Shown: positions 16,055 through 25,702 of the stretch, in pieces | Position numbering within the stretch: position 1 is the stretch's first letter | Layout: every line of letters begins with the position of its first letter | IMG/VR virus record: IMGVR_UViG_3300000103_000003 | Coordinates: 75,643 to 106,694 of that record | DNA length: 31,052 nucleotides | Origin: a virus | Strand: one strand, 5' to 3' | The notes under the pieces: model-generated | Seen by the model: only the letters and a program-made list of their open reading frames with translations | Database searches by the model: none | What the model was told of the DNA's origin: nothing | Made by a program: the position numbers and the translations under genes

Positions 16055-18396
16055 TGTAATGTGCTTTCTCCGTTTTCTTTTTGTACTGTTAATACGTTTT
16101 CGTAATTCTCTGCTGCTTTTAACTGGGAAACTATAAGTGATGTAATTCCAAGTTCATTAAGAGCATATATAACGCCCATAAGCCCCGGTTCATCTACTCC
16201 TTCCAGTACTTCATCCAACACCAGTAAATCTAAGCCACGACAATCCTCACAGTTAATGTTAGTTAGTTTAAACATCGCCAGAATACAAGCAAGATGAATA
16301 CGTGCCTGTTCTCCCAGAGATAATTTACCTAAACTACCAACATCAACGCCATCGCGTAACAGGTTTACTGAAATCTTATCTCGAACCTTGCCAGTTTTCA
16401 AAGTTTTGAATCCCAAAAATTCGATTCTTAAATCACTACCAATGCACTCTAAAAATGAGTTTGTTATCTCGGATAGAGCGTCAATTTTGGTATTTGCTAA
16501 ATGGGTTTTAAACTTTATAAAATTAGCTTCCTGTTCGATAAGAGCATCAAGACGTTTTTTAACTTTGTCTTGTGCTGCAATACCATTAAGATAATCCTGT
16601 TTGTATTGCTCCAAACTTGCTTTAAGTGTCTTTAAAGAATCATCGGCTCCTTCCTCTAATTGACTGATGGCAGAACTACATATTTGTTTTTTCTGCTTCA
16701 ATAAACTGATTTCATCATTACTGGATTTTATCAACGCTTCAACATTATCCAGTTCTTTCTTTAACCACTGTTCGGTTTCTTCATAAGATTCTTTTATCAG
16801 GGCTGTAACCTCTTTGTCGAACTCGGTTTGTCGCAATTCCAATTTCGCTAATTTAGTATTTACTGAAATCTCCTTTGTCAATAGGGCTTGATGTTTTGTT
16901 GATATTGCATCAATCTCTGTTTTTGTCGGTAGATTTTCAGTTCTAAATTTTTGAAGTTCGGTATTCGCGACTTCACCTTTTGATTGTAAGTTATTCAACA
17001 ATCCTGTTTGATGTGTAAGGCTTTCTCCGTGCTTTGTAAGTGTTACTGCACCAGCTTCAAACCTCTTTTTTATATCAGCTATATCAACACCTTCTGTTAA
17101 AACAAAAGAGTGTTGGCATTTAGGACACACAATAGTTCCGGCTAATATATTTTCGTATTTAGCCTGAAGATTTTCCAATGAAACTATTGACTGACGTATA
17201 GTTTTAATTGATGCTTGTTTTTCGGCATATTGTTCCCGTAAATCATCAATGTTTTTCTTTTTTGTCTCTACTTTTACATTAAAAGCCTTAAAGTCAGCAT
17301 CATAGTTCTTTTGTTCCTTTTCGTGTGCTTCAACAAGTAAATTTAAACCGTTCTTTATATCAAGCAAATCAGCTCTGATAGCCACCAAATCATTTTGGGT
17401 TTGTTCATTTTCCATCAACAAATCCTGATAGGCTTTGCCATAAACACAGCCTTCATTGTCTTCGCCTAATGGTAATGTATTGGCTATATCATTTTCCCAG
17501 AAAATATCTAATGCTGCGATTGACTGGTAAGGAGTAACTGTGAAAGAATTTTTCTCCAGTGATGATAAGTCATTAATCAATCCAGTAATAGCTTTCATAT
17601 CACTTTCGTATTCCGTAATAGAACCTGTAAGTAATCGAATGTTTTGGTTATGCGCTGCTATTTGTTGATTCTTTTCATTAATCAACTCTTCGCGCTTTAG
17701 CTTTTGCTCTTTCTGGGTCTCTTCAAATGCGTTTATCTGCTCCTCTGTTGCTTCAACACGACCAAAGGCTTTATCCGTAGCTGCTTGTGCTTCGGTTTGC
17801 TTCTTTCGTATCGGCTCCATGTCTTCGCGTAATTTAGTTATGGCTTTATCCACCAGAACACCATTACTGAAAGTATTGATAATTTCTTTTTTCTCATTAT
17901 CCGAAGCAGCAAGAAAACCTTTATATCGGTATTTAGATAACAGGAAGTTATTAAACAATTCGTCTTTAGATATTCCCAGTTTATTAAGAATATGCAAATT
18001 ATTTTGTTCCAGTCCTGAAATGTTAGACACCTCTTCGGTTTTATCCACATTATCAATAATAGTTCTTATTGAACATGATTGTGCTTCTTTACGACTTATC
18101 CTACGTCGTATTATCATTTCCTCCTTTAGTCCGGGATTATAAAAGATAAGTTGTAAATCCGCTACTTCCGCAGCATCATTGATAACCTCTTCTACTTTAG
18201 CCTTACGTAAAGGCATACCAGTAATACCTAAAGCAAATAACTCTAACAGTGATGATTTACCAGAACCATTTGAACCCTGATTTGAATTGTCTAAATTTAC
18301 TCCGGTCACTGAAGTCGTCACCCCATTTTTAATCGTGTAATCAATTTTCTTAAATGAAAAAAGATTTGTCGCTCGTGCTACTTTTAATTGCCACAT
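16051..18396 (-). CDS. Rad50/SbcC-like (T4 gp46-like) recombination ATPase
   Basis: Walker A GSNGSGKSS, long coiled coils, CPKC zinc hook, LSLGE signature, Walker B LVLDE. Confidence 0.92.
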   Translation of the reverse strand: MWQLKVARATNLFSFKKIDYTIKNGVTTSVTGVNLDNSNQGSNGSGKSSLLELFALGITGMPLRKAKVEEVINDAAEVADLQLIFYNPGLKEEMIIRRRISRKEAQSCSIRTIIDNVDKTEEVSNISGLEQNNLHILNKLGISKDELFNNFLLSKYRYKGFLAASDNEKKEIINTFSNGVLVDKAITKLREDMEPIRKKQTEAQAATDKAFGRVEATEEQINAFEETQKEQKLKREELINEKNQQIAAHNQNIRLLTGSITEYESDMKAITGLINDLSSLEKNSFTVTPYQSIAALDIFWENDIANTLPLGEDNEGCVYGKAYQDLLMENEQTQNDLVAIRADLLDIKNGLNLLVEAHEKEQKNYDADFKAFNVKVETKKKNIDDLREQYAEKQASIKTIRQSIVSLENLQAKYENILAGTIVCPKCQHSFVLTEGVDIADIKKRFEAGAVTLTKHGESLTHQTGLLNNLQSKGEVANTELQKFRTENLPTKTEIDAISTKHQALLTKEISVNTKLAKLELRQTEFDKEVTALIKESYEETEQWLKKELDNVEALIKSSNDEISLLKQKKQICSSAISQLEEGADDSLKTLKASLEQYKQDYLNGIAAQDKVKKRLDALIEQEANFIKFKTHLANTKIDALSEITNSFLECIGSDLRIEFLGFKTLKTGKVRDKISVNLLRDGVDVGSLGKLSLGEQARIHLACILAMFKLTNINCEDCRGLDLLVLDEVLEGVDEPGLMGVIYALNELGITSLIVSQLKAAENYENVLTVQKENGESTLQ

Positions 18397-18398
18397 AG

Positions 18399-19427
18399 TT
18401 AAATTGCTTTTAAATATTTCAGTCCTAAATCACAGTCCAATGATTCCTGTTCACAAAATTCACTATAAGTGTTTCGGATGCCAGCAGCATCGTACCTGTG
18501 AAATGCCGTTTGCTCTGCTTTTAAGACCACTTCGTTTTCAGCCTTAACAACCACCTTCGAGGCTCCTGCTTCAACGAATTGAGCCTTATTTATAGTGTTT
18601 ACTTGATTCTTTTTACAGTTAATTACCAAGCGCACCAAATAAGCATTGTTTTTCAAGTCTGAAATTTGACCGAGCAAATCGTCATCCAGTTGTTTGATGT
18701 CCACTTCTAAAGTGATAAACCGGAGATTAGATTCATTCTTTACAAATTCAGTAGAGCCGTCATCAAATACAATGGTATACCCTTTTTCTTCATCCTCTCC
18801 AAAGTTCATCTGTCTGGATGCACCAATGTACATTACATTTGAATTAGGAACCTGACAACGGTCATGGTAATGTCCAGCCCATACTTCATCAAATTCTTTG
18901 AACATATCAGCTGGAAGTTCTTTGTTTGTGTCATTGTAATGAGCCAAACCTCCATTTACACCCTCATGGATGTATAGGAAATTTTTCTTATCACTATCCA
19001 ACTGCTTTGTAATTTGTTGGTACTCTTCCCGGAACCCGTCCTGCTCTAATGTGTAACTCATAACCCATATATCAAAAGTGTCTTCTTCAATATGATGATA
19101 CTTGTCAACATTAAAATTAGCATGTTCACTATACAAATGTAAATAACTCACTTCTGATTTTTTAGAAGCAATATCATGGTTTCCCCAAGCAGCAATAATT
19201 TTTATATCAGCCATTTGGCACATTCGTATTACTTCTCTAACTGACATCAAAACATCTAAGGACTGGGATGATGATGAATAAAACATGTCACCACCCAATA
19301 TTATGGTCTTGATGCCATGTTGTTCACATAACCATATTGCTTCTTCCCAGTTCGTTTTAAAGTGCGTTGTCTCACCTTTACGAACATGAGGGTCGTTCAT
19401 TAATAAATATTTTGCCTGTTGTTTCAT
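18399..19427 (-). CDS. Mre11/SbcD-like (T4 gp47-like) nuclease (start revised to MKQQAK)
   Basis: DPH, GGDMF, GNHD and GHYH motifs; adjacent to the Rad50-like gene; the track start lies in the upstream hairpin. Confidence 0.92.
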   Translation of the reverse strand: MKQQAKYLLMNDPHVRKGETTHFKTNWEEAIWLCEQHGIKTIILGGDMFYSSSSQSLDVLMSVREVIRMCQMADIKIIAAWGNHDIASKKSEVSYLHLYSEHANFNVDKYHHIEEDTFDIWVMSYTLEQDGFREEYQQITKQLDSDKKNFLYIHEGVNGGLAHYNDTNKELPADMFKEFDEVWAGHYHDRCQVPNSNVMYIGASRQMNFGEDEEKGYTIVFDDGSTEFVKNESNLRFITLEVDIKQLDDDLLGQISDLKNNAYLVRLVINCKKNQVNTINKAQFVEAGASKVVVKAENEVVLKAEQTAFHRYDAAGIRNTYSEFCEQESLDCDLGLKYLKAI

Positions 19428-19437
19428 GTTGTTTGAT

Positions 19438-19467
19438 AAAAATAGGGAGAGCGATATTACTCTCCCC
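19438..19467 (-). terminator. Intrinsic terminator or attenuator after the SSB-like gene
   Basis: GGGGAGAGT-AATATC-GCTCTCCCT followed by ATTTTT. Confidence 0.65.
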
Positions 19468-19490
19468 GGCATCTATATAAAAAAAATGAG

Positions 19491-20843
19491 TTATTTACGA
19501 CGAACTCCCGGACGACCTGATGTCGCTGTCCTCCTTGTTGGAGGAGGTGTTTCTTCTTCGGGTTCAGTTTCGGGTTCCGGTTCGTTTACTTCTGGTTCCG
19601 GCTCATTTTCCGGCTCCGGTTCAGCTTCCGTTTCGTCTACTGGCTCTGCATCACCATCGAACGCCGCAATCAAGGCATCAAACATCTGTTCGTTTGTTGT
19701 AGTGCGCGTGTATGTAACCTCCAGTTCGTTATCAACGATGAATTGTTTCATTATCGCACGTATTTTCAAACCGTCCTGCGATTTGTCCGAAGCACCTGAA
19801 TCCGCAAATGCTATATACGCCGCTTCCAATGTGTCGATGTTGTAGTTTTCGTCTTCCGGCTCTTCGTTAGCGTCACCAGCCGCTGCATCCTTTATTTTCA
19901 TTTCAAATACCGTAGTATCAGATGCTGGAAGTTTTTCTTCCACTGCGTTCAACACTTCCTGCATTTCTTCGCGCTCCAAAATAGCATAACCGAATTTTGC
20001 ATCAAGTTGTTTCAAGAACGCCAATGTTGCTGTGTAATGATAACGATTGTATACATACAGTATATCGTTCAAATCAGGAAGCGCAACCAATGCTTTTGCG
20101 TCATCCAAAGCAAGTTTTTGCAATTCGCGGTCATCCGAAGACACTGTGAAAGAATACGAAACCTTTTTGTTTTCGGTTTTTCCAGTGATAGTTGTTGTTC
20201 TCGCATTTTCAGCAGATGACAGAGGGCTTTTACAAGTCTTATCGTATTTCTGAAGTTTTCTCCATGCTGTGTCACGCGCTTCAAGTATGCTCTTGAATTG
20301 AGAGAATGAGAACTCGGCTATTTTAATGCCCTCTTTCTTGTTCTCTAATTCATATAGCAACGCTACCGAACGAGAATCAAAATTAAGACCGATACCGCCT
20401 TCAAACGAGTTCTTTTTCATCAGCTCAACCAATCCGGTATTACCCTGTGCTTCCGCTTCACCTTTCAATAGGCTCCTGAAAGTGTCAATAGGGTCTTTCA
20501 ATCCGGGGAACGCCTGACCTACGCGAATAACTGGTATCTGCATTACTGCTTGACCGCCATCCTGTTTTAGTTTTGGGTTTCCATTCGCATCAAGCACGTT
20601 TATTTTCATAAACAGACGACGTAATTGATACGCCCATCCAGACTGTTTTGAACCCGGCTTTAATGGTAATATGCGTACATCTACTTCGCCATTCTTTGGC
20701 ATCTGGAAGCGTGGTATTTGCGAACTAAACGAGTTCTCTTCCGCTTCTCGCGCTGTGGTTTCCTCATACGTTTCTTCGTTCTTAAAAAATCCGGCTAATA
20801 AATCATCCTGCAATTCTTCCTGTTCTTTAAATTCTTCTGCCAT
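19491..20843 (-). CDS. Putative single-stranded DNA-binding protein (gp32-like)
   Basis: VRILP motif near the N-terminus, very acidic C-terminal region, position between NinB-like and Mre11/Rad50 genes; inferred. Confidence 0.5.
   Translation of the reverse strand: MAEEFKEQEELQDDLLAGFFKNEETYEETTAREAEENSFSSQIPRFQMPKNGEVDVRILPLKPGSKQSGWAYQLRRLFMKINVLDANGNPKLKQDGGQAVMQIPVIRVGQAFPGLKDPIDTFRSLLKGEAEAQGNTGLVELMKKNSFEGGIGLNFDSRSVALLYELENKKEGIKIAEFSFSQFKSILEARDTAWRKLQKYDKTCKSPLSSAENARTTTITGKTENKKVSYSFTVSSDDRELQKLALDDAKALVALPDLNDILYVYNRYHYTATLAFLKQLDAKFGYAILEREEMQEVLNAVEEKLPASDTTVFEMKIKDAAAGDANEEPEDENYNIDTLEAAYIAFADSGASDKSQDGLKIRAIMKQFIVDNELEVTYTRTTTNEQMFDALIAAFDGDAEPVDETEAEPEPENEPEPEVNEPEPETEPEEETPPPTRRTATSGRPGVRRK
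19552..19629 (-). repeat. Low-complexity Glu-Pro coding repeat
   Basis: Encodes EAEPEPENEPEPEVNEPEPETEPEEE. Confidence 0.8.
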
Positions 20844-20881
20844 GTTGTTTTTAATTTTTTAAATTAGACATATATTTTTTA

Positions 20882-21364
20882 CTAAACTTTTAAATTGTAA
20901 TCACCCCATTCGTCATTATAGGCTTTTACATACTCCTCTTGATTTTGTGGTTCGGATAACTCTTTTCTGTCTGGGAAGCTAACCCCCAACTCTCTTGAAG
21001 ACCAATCCATGATGTCTTCGATAACATCACCCATCTCTTTAGATGTACAGTGTTTTAAATCCTGTGTGATGTGTTCGACACCATTTAACTCAATCGCCTT
21101 AGTTGGCGCAAATTGCTTTTCAAAGAACCGATATAAGTCATTTACACTATATCGGTCGCCACCTACATAATCTGCAATTCCTCGGAGAACAACTCCAAAC
21201 AAATACTTCAACTGTGAAAGTGTTTTGTTTTTCTTTTTGTTGCAGATATACACAGCATAATCGCCCGGCTCCAGAGATTCAAGCATCCGAGCCTGAATGT
21301 GTCGAAACCCCACTTTTCCACCATCGTCTTCAATGGTAACAATGTCTTTTAATAAAATTGCCAT
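20882..21364 (-). CDS. NinB/Orf-like recombination accessory protein (start revised to MAILLK)
   Basis: KTLSQLKYLFGVV...EMGDVIEDIMDW...LGVSFP pattern; the track start lies inside the promoter. Confidence 0.6.
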   Translation of the reverse strand: MAILLKDIVTIEDDGGKVGFRHIQARMLESLEPGDYAVYICNKKKNKTLSQLKYLFGVVLRGIADYVGGDRYSVNDLYRFFEKQFAPTKAIELNGVEHITQDLKHCTSKEMGDVIEDIMDWSSRELGVSFPDRKELSEPQNQEEYVKAYNDEWGDYNLKV

Positions 21365-21390
21365 TTGTGTTATTTTTAAATTTTGTAGTG

Positions 21391-21422
21391 CAAACATACA
21401 AAAAATATTTGACACTACCAAA
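21391..21422 (-). promoter_or_regulatory. Bacteroidota primary-sigma promoter (TTTG-N20-TATGTTTG)
   Basis: TTTG at 21422-21419 and TATGTTTG at 21398-21391, 27 nt before ATG 21364. Confidence 0.8.
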
Positions 21423-21445
21423 TTATTTAACGATTATTTTTTAGA

Positions 21446-21667
21446 TTACCACAATTTTCTTTCAGAATGTTGCAAATCATATAATTTACTGGTCTTAATG
21501 TCTCTGGTGATTCCATCTCTCACTTTTATTTCAGTAACACCTTCTTCTTCATTCTCATAATATAATTCACATTCAAATACATTTTTGCCTTCTTTAAATT
21601 TTCCATACAAATGCGTATTTGACTGACCTAAATCAGCAGTAGAAAATGTGGTACATCCGTGTATCAT
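21446..21667 (-). CDS. Hypothetical protein
   Basis: 73 aa ORF abutting the upstream gene. Confidence 0.6.
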   Translation of the reverse strand: MIHGCTTFSTADLGQSNTHLYGKFKEGKNVFECELYYENEEEGVTEIKVRDGITRDIKTSKLYDLQHSERKLW

Positions 21668-21670
21668 AAT

Positions 21671-22891
21671 TTATTCACAATGCACCTGTGTATACTGACA
21701 GAAATCATATTTGCTATCCAGTAACACCAATGCCTGTTTAGGTTTCTCATAGCCTAATCCCTTACCAATCGCATACGCATCGTATCCTTTTGTGCTGCCA
21801 TTTACAATAGCATTTGGAAAGAAATGAGAACTATGAAAATGACCGAGACAAAATAAGTCAACTTTGAAGTTCTTGTTGAACTGTGCCGCCCACCTGTTTA
21901 ATGGAACAGCTAATCCACCAATTCCACCTTGATATTTAATCGCAGCACCATGAGTAAACAAAATACTTTTTCCCAGTACTTCAATCTTTGCCATCTCTGC
22001 TTCTGGAATGATAAAATTCAATTTATCAAACCCAGACATTTCGCAAATATTCTGGATGTCACGATACATAAAATACTCGAATGAAGTTGATGTCATATTT
22101 GCGAATTGAGTTTTTGGTGTTGAACGACCATGATTCCCAACAACGCATACAACAGTAATTTTATCTACTTCCAAATTATCATTCAAATATTTCAGTCCTG
22201 AAACCAAAACCGATTTACATTCTTGAATAGCATCCATTGGCGACATTGCATTAGTCTGCATTAATTCGGGGTGTATCCAGTTACCAATAAAATCACCGAG
22301 GAAACCAAGAATTAAATGATTGATGTTGTAATTACCTTTTTGATGCGTTACAATCTTATTCAGATTCTTAAAGTAATTCAACACACGTGTTTTTGCTATT
22401 GCCGGATTGTACTCATTAAGCCCCATTGTACTATCAAGTGTTACGACTTCTTCGTAATGAACATCAGATAACAACGAAATAGCGACAGCAGACCTTTGAG
22501 ATGATTGACCACGTTTAGGAGTATCAATTTTAAACAACTGGAATTGCCCTTTATTTTTATCCATAGAAAACATAGTCTCCATTTCAGCTTGTCTGGTCTG
22601 AAGTTCTGCATTTTCTTTTTGCAGGGCTACAAGTTGTTGTTTGGCTTCCTTTGGAATAGCTGGTGTTTGTAGTTGCTTTGACTTTTGCTTTGGGGTTTTA
22701 TCAATCTCCTTAGTTAAATCATTAAATGCACTAAGCAACACCAATTCCTGTGGTGTTATCCGAACACGATACAATTCTTTTTGCAGGTCTGGACGTGGTG
22801 TTAGCGTCATCTTAGTTTTACGCAATTCACAAATGAATTTGTATTGGTCGCGTGTTAATGACGGTCGTAATCCTTTTTGTTTTTTATTCAT
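21671..22891 (-). CDS. Calcineurin-like metallophosphoesterase with N-terminal helical extension (start revised to MNKKQK)
   Basis: SDVH, LGD, GNHGR, THG and GHFH motifs. Confidence 0.85.
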   Translation of the reverse strand: MNKKQKGLRPSLTRDQYKFICELRKTKMTLTPRPDLQKELYRVRITPQELVLLSAFNDLTKEIDKTPKQKSKQLQTPAIPKEAKQQLVALQKENAELQTRQAEMETMFSMDKNKGQFQLFKIDTPKRGQSSQRSAVAISLLSDVHYEEVVTLDSTMGLNEYNPAIAKTRVLNYFKNLNKIVTHQKGNYNINHLILGFLGDFIGNWIHPELMQTNAMSPMDAIQECKSVLVSGLKYLNDNLEVDKITVVCVVGNHGRSTPKTQFANMTSTSFEYFMYRDIQNICEMSGFDKLNFIIPEAEMAKIEVLGKSILFTHGAAIKYQGGIGGLAVPLNRWAAQFNKNFKVDLFCLGHFHSSHFFPNAIVNGSTKGYDAYAIGKGLGYEKPKQALVLLDSKYDFCQYTQVHCE

Positions 22892-22898
22892 ACAATTT

Positions 22899-24914
22899 TT
22901 ATTTGTTAGACTTAGCTCCAATCTCACAACTGTCGTTGGAGCAAAATTTCTCACCAATAGCTTCTTCTCCAGCTTTATTCCACTGGATAGCTTTTAACCC
23001 AGCTGTTCGGATTTCATATTCTCCCTGTGATATAGCTTCGTATGGTGCTTGATGATAAACACCACCCGGAACACGCGGCAAGAACGAAACGCCTTTTAAC
23101 TGGTATTGGAACATATCGAGGGCATGTTCGATTTGATGCCCCTCTGTTTCTGGGTCAAATGTGATTGTAGCAGAAACCTGATTGTCAGCCCAATATTTCT
23201 GCATAAAGGCAGCAATGCTTAACTGTTCCCACATTGATACATCAGCAAGACGACGCACACCAGTTACATGTACTGGGAACTCTACAAGTAAAGTCTTTCC
23301 TGTTTCGTCTTCTTTTGCTTTCTCTATATGGTATCCAGCATCCATTAATGGTTTTATCAGGTCTGAATCAGCAGACAACCGAACCCGGCGTATATATGTT
23401 GTATTCTCTGGGAAGTGTATTCCGGGAGTACAACCAGCCAATAATGATACAGTTCCAGATGGCTTTACCGAAGTTGTTTTTCTTGACTTCGGCACACACA
23501 ACCAATCAGAATATATCTTATCGTAATTCTCGATTGTTTTAAAACCATTCTCACAATAACTCTTTAAAACAGCAATGCCATAGTTATCTATCATTTGAGC
23601 AACACCAGACATCGAAGTTCCAATTCTCCGGTTTCTCAACAATACTCGATTAGTTTCAGCCCAGTGTGTTTTCTGGAGTGTTACTGTTTTTGCATATAAA
23701 TACGCGAACTTTAATGTACGCATATAATCAGCCTCGTTCTCATGTCTGGTCGGGAATGTTTCTACCAAGCAACAAAGTTCGTATGATTCAAGCGTTTGCT
23801 CTACACACGGATTACAACCCATTGATTTTAAATCTTTTAAGTCCTTTGGGTCACATAATCGTGAATATTGTTTTGCTGTTTCTAACCACACCAAACCGGG
23901 TTCACCATTTTGTTGAATCTGTTTAGCTACATTGGAATAATCCATACCAATTTCTGCCAACACTGAATTATTAGAAGCCCAACCCCACGCAGAACGACGA
24001 GCATTATCACCAACATATTCTTGTTTATCAGAATCCCAGCGATAATCTTTAAGTTTCATATATTCCAATGAATTTGCATCTCCCAGTACTATTTCAGCAG
24101 TGCGTCTGACATTACCAGCAACCACGCAACAGCCTATTTTATTTTGCAGGTCTACTATATCCGTTTGAGTTAAAGTCTCACCTGCACGCCCTTTAAATTG
24201 GCTCGCAATGTCATCAAAAAGTTTCTTTAATGGCTCATGCCCTGAAGCAGTACCGCCAAAACCTTTAATCGGTGTTCCGTATGGTCGAATAAGACTGTAA
24301 TCAAATTTAACCTTATTATAGGCTTCAACAAAATAACTGTTAAGCAATAATCTTAATGCTTCAACCCAACCTTCACGAGAATCTGGAATTTGAAACTCCA
24401 GTTCTGTTTTGCTATCTACATTTTGTATAGTTACTGTTCCGGCTCCCTTCACATCGAATCCAACACCAACACCAAGCATAGACATATCCATTAAAAAACA
24501 GAATGGTTTTGCTGGGTCTAAGTACATGTTCTCCGTAGATACAAATGCACAATTATTAAGCGCGGCTCCAATAGGTTTTTCTTCCAGTGCTGATGTTCCA
24601 GCTATCCATAACCCACGTCCGGGAGGAAGCCACTTGAAGTTAAACATCCGGTCGTACATTTCCTGTGCCGATAACTGCGCTTTCTTCGGCTTCCAACCAA
24701 GACAATTACTTTCTATATGTTTTTGTTGGGTTCCATAAACCCATTCAACCACACGACGGCAAGTTTCCCACCATTGTTCTTTCTCGTCGTTTTCTTTTAC
24801 TCTGGAATAAGTTCTTTGGTACACCAAGTCACCTAATCCATTGAATCCCCAGTCTGGTGTTTTTGTTTTGTACTGGGAAATAAATTTATCCGATATTTGA
24901 AAAGCGTTTGTCAT
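22899..24914 (-). CDS. nrdJ: Class II (adenosylcobalamin-dependent) ribonucleotide reductase, monomeric RTPR type
   Basis: PPGRGLW, NNCAFVST, GNVRRTAE, NPCVEQTL, TTSVKPSGTVSLLAG and C-terminal CSNDSC; no beta subunit gene nearby. Confidence 0.92.
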   Translation of the reverse strand: MTNAFQISDKFISQYKTKTPDWGFNGLGDLVYQRTYSRVKENDEKEQWWETCRRVVEWVYGTQQKHIESNCLGWKPKKAQLSAQEMYDRMFNFKWLPPGRGLWIAGTSALEEKPIGAALNNCAFVSTENMYLDPAKPFCFLMDMSMLGVGVGFDVKGAGTVTIQNVDSKTELEFQIPDSREGWVEALRLLLNSYFVEAYNKVKFDYSLIRPYGTPIKGFGGTASGHEPLKKLFDDIASQFKGRAGETLTQTDIVDLQNKIGCCVVAGNVRRTAEIVLGDANSLEYMKLKDYRWDSDKQEYVGDNARRSAWGWASNNSVLAEIGMDYSNVAKQIQQNGEPGLVWLETAKQYSRLCDPKDLKDLKSMGCNPCVEQTLESYELCCLVETFPTRHENEADYMRTLKFAYLYAKTVTLQKTHWAETNRVLLRNRRIGTSMSGVAQMIDNYGIAVLKSYCENGFKTIENYDKIYSDWLCVPKSRKTTSVKPSGTVSLLAGCTPGIHFPENTTYIRRVRLSADSDLIKPLMDAGYHIEKAKEDETGKTLLVEFPVHVTGVRRLADVSMWEQLSIAAFMQKYWADNQVSATITFDPETEGHQIEHALDMFQYQLKGVSFLPRVPGGVYHQAPYEAISQGEYEIRTAGLKAIQWNKAGEEAIGEKFCSNDSCEIGAKSNK

Positions 24915-25579
24915 TAATTGATGAAGTGTGCTGGTTTAGGAACTAAATTAATCATTTTCCAATCGCCAGTTTCAGGCGATATGATTGAAGGCGCACCATT
25001 AATTATGTCATAAGGAACAACATGAATATTGTCTGCTATTTCTGGGCGGTTTGTCATTATCTGTTGCGCAGACCTTTCCGCTTGCACACGACAGCCAGCA
25101 CCAAATATAGACAAAATTTGATATTTATCACCGCCAACTGCATAAATAACAGCACAACCATTATCTAACATAGCCAGTGTTTCATCTGCTGGGTCTCCAA
25201 CAATCTCAAATAATTCACAAAGGTCTTCGTCGATACCCTCTAACTTACCAGCAACAAAGTTCATTCTTTCATCTAAATTTTCAAACATCAGCAACATCAT
25301 GCTAACTTTATTATCCAAACCTTCCAAAGTTAATTTAGGTGCTTTGGTTGTTTTTGGTAAAATCTGCATTTCTGGCAAAGTTTGTTTCGGAGAAATGGCA
25401 ACACGTGCTGGCGAACAACAATTTTTGCTAAAGAGAGAAATCTCTTCGTTTTTATACAAAGCGCGGAAAAAATCTAAACTTTCTTGAATTGCTTCAAATG
25501 CAGTTCCAGTAGGGAATGTTCTTAGTAATCTGATTCCTCCCTTAGAATCAATTTGTACAATCATGTCTTGAATGTGCAT
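24914..25579 (-). CDS. Hypothetical protein with central coiled coil
   Basis: 221 aa; first gene after a promoter; TAATG-coupled to nrdJ. Confidence 0.7.
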   Translation of the reverse strand: MHIQDMIVQIDSKGGIRLLRTFPTGTAFEAIQESLDFFRALYKNEEISLFSKNCCSPARVAISPKQTLPEMQILPKTTKAPKLTLEGLDNKVSMMLLMFENLDERMNFVAGKLEGIDEDLCELFEIVGDPADETLAMLDNGCAVIYAVGGDKYQILSIFGAGCRVQAERSAQQIMTNRPEIADNIHVVPYDIINGAPSIISPETGDWKMINLVPKPAHFIN

Positions 25580-25622
25580 AATTAAAATTTTTAATTGTTA
25601 GTATTAAATCGAAATGTGAGTA

Positions 25623-25654
25623 CAAATATACAAAAAGTTTTTCATATATCCAAA
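25623..25654 (-). promoter_or_regulatory. Bacteroidota primary-sigma promoter (TTTG-N20-TATATTTG)
   Basis: TTTG at 25654-25651 and TATATTTG at 25630-25623, just downstream of a terminator. Confidence 0.8.
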
Positions 25655-25664
25655 TTTTTTAGGC

Positions 25665-25702
25665 AAAAAAGAGAGACAAAGTTATTCGCTCTGTCTCTCT
25701 TT
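25665..25702 (-). terminator. Intrinsic terminator closing the tail operon
   Basis: AAAGAGAGACAGAG-CGAATAA-CTTTGTCTCTC followed by T6; the stop codon of the upstream gene lies in the loop. Confidence 0.8.
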
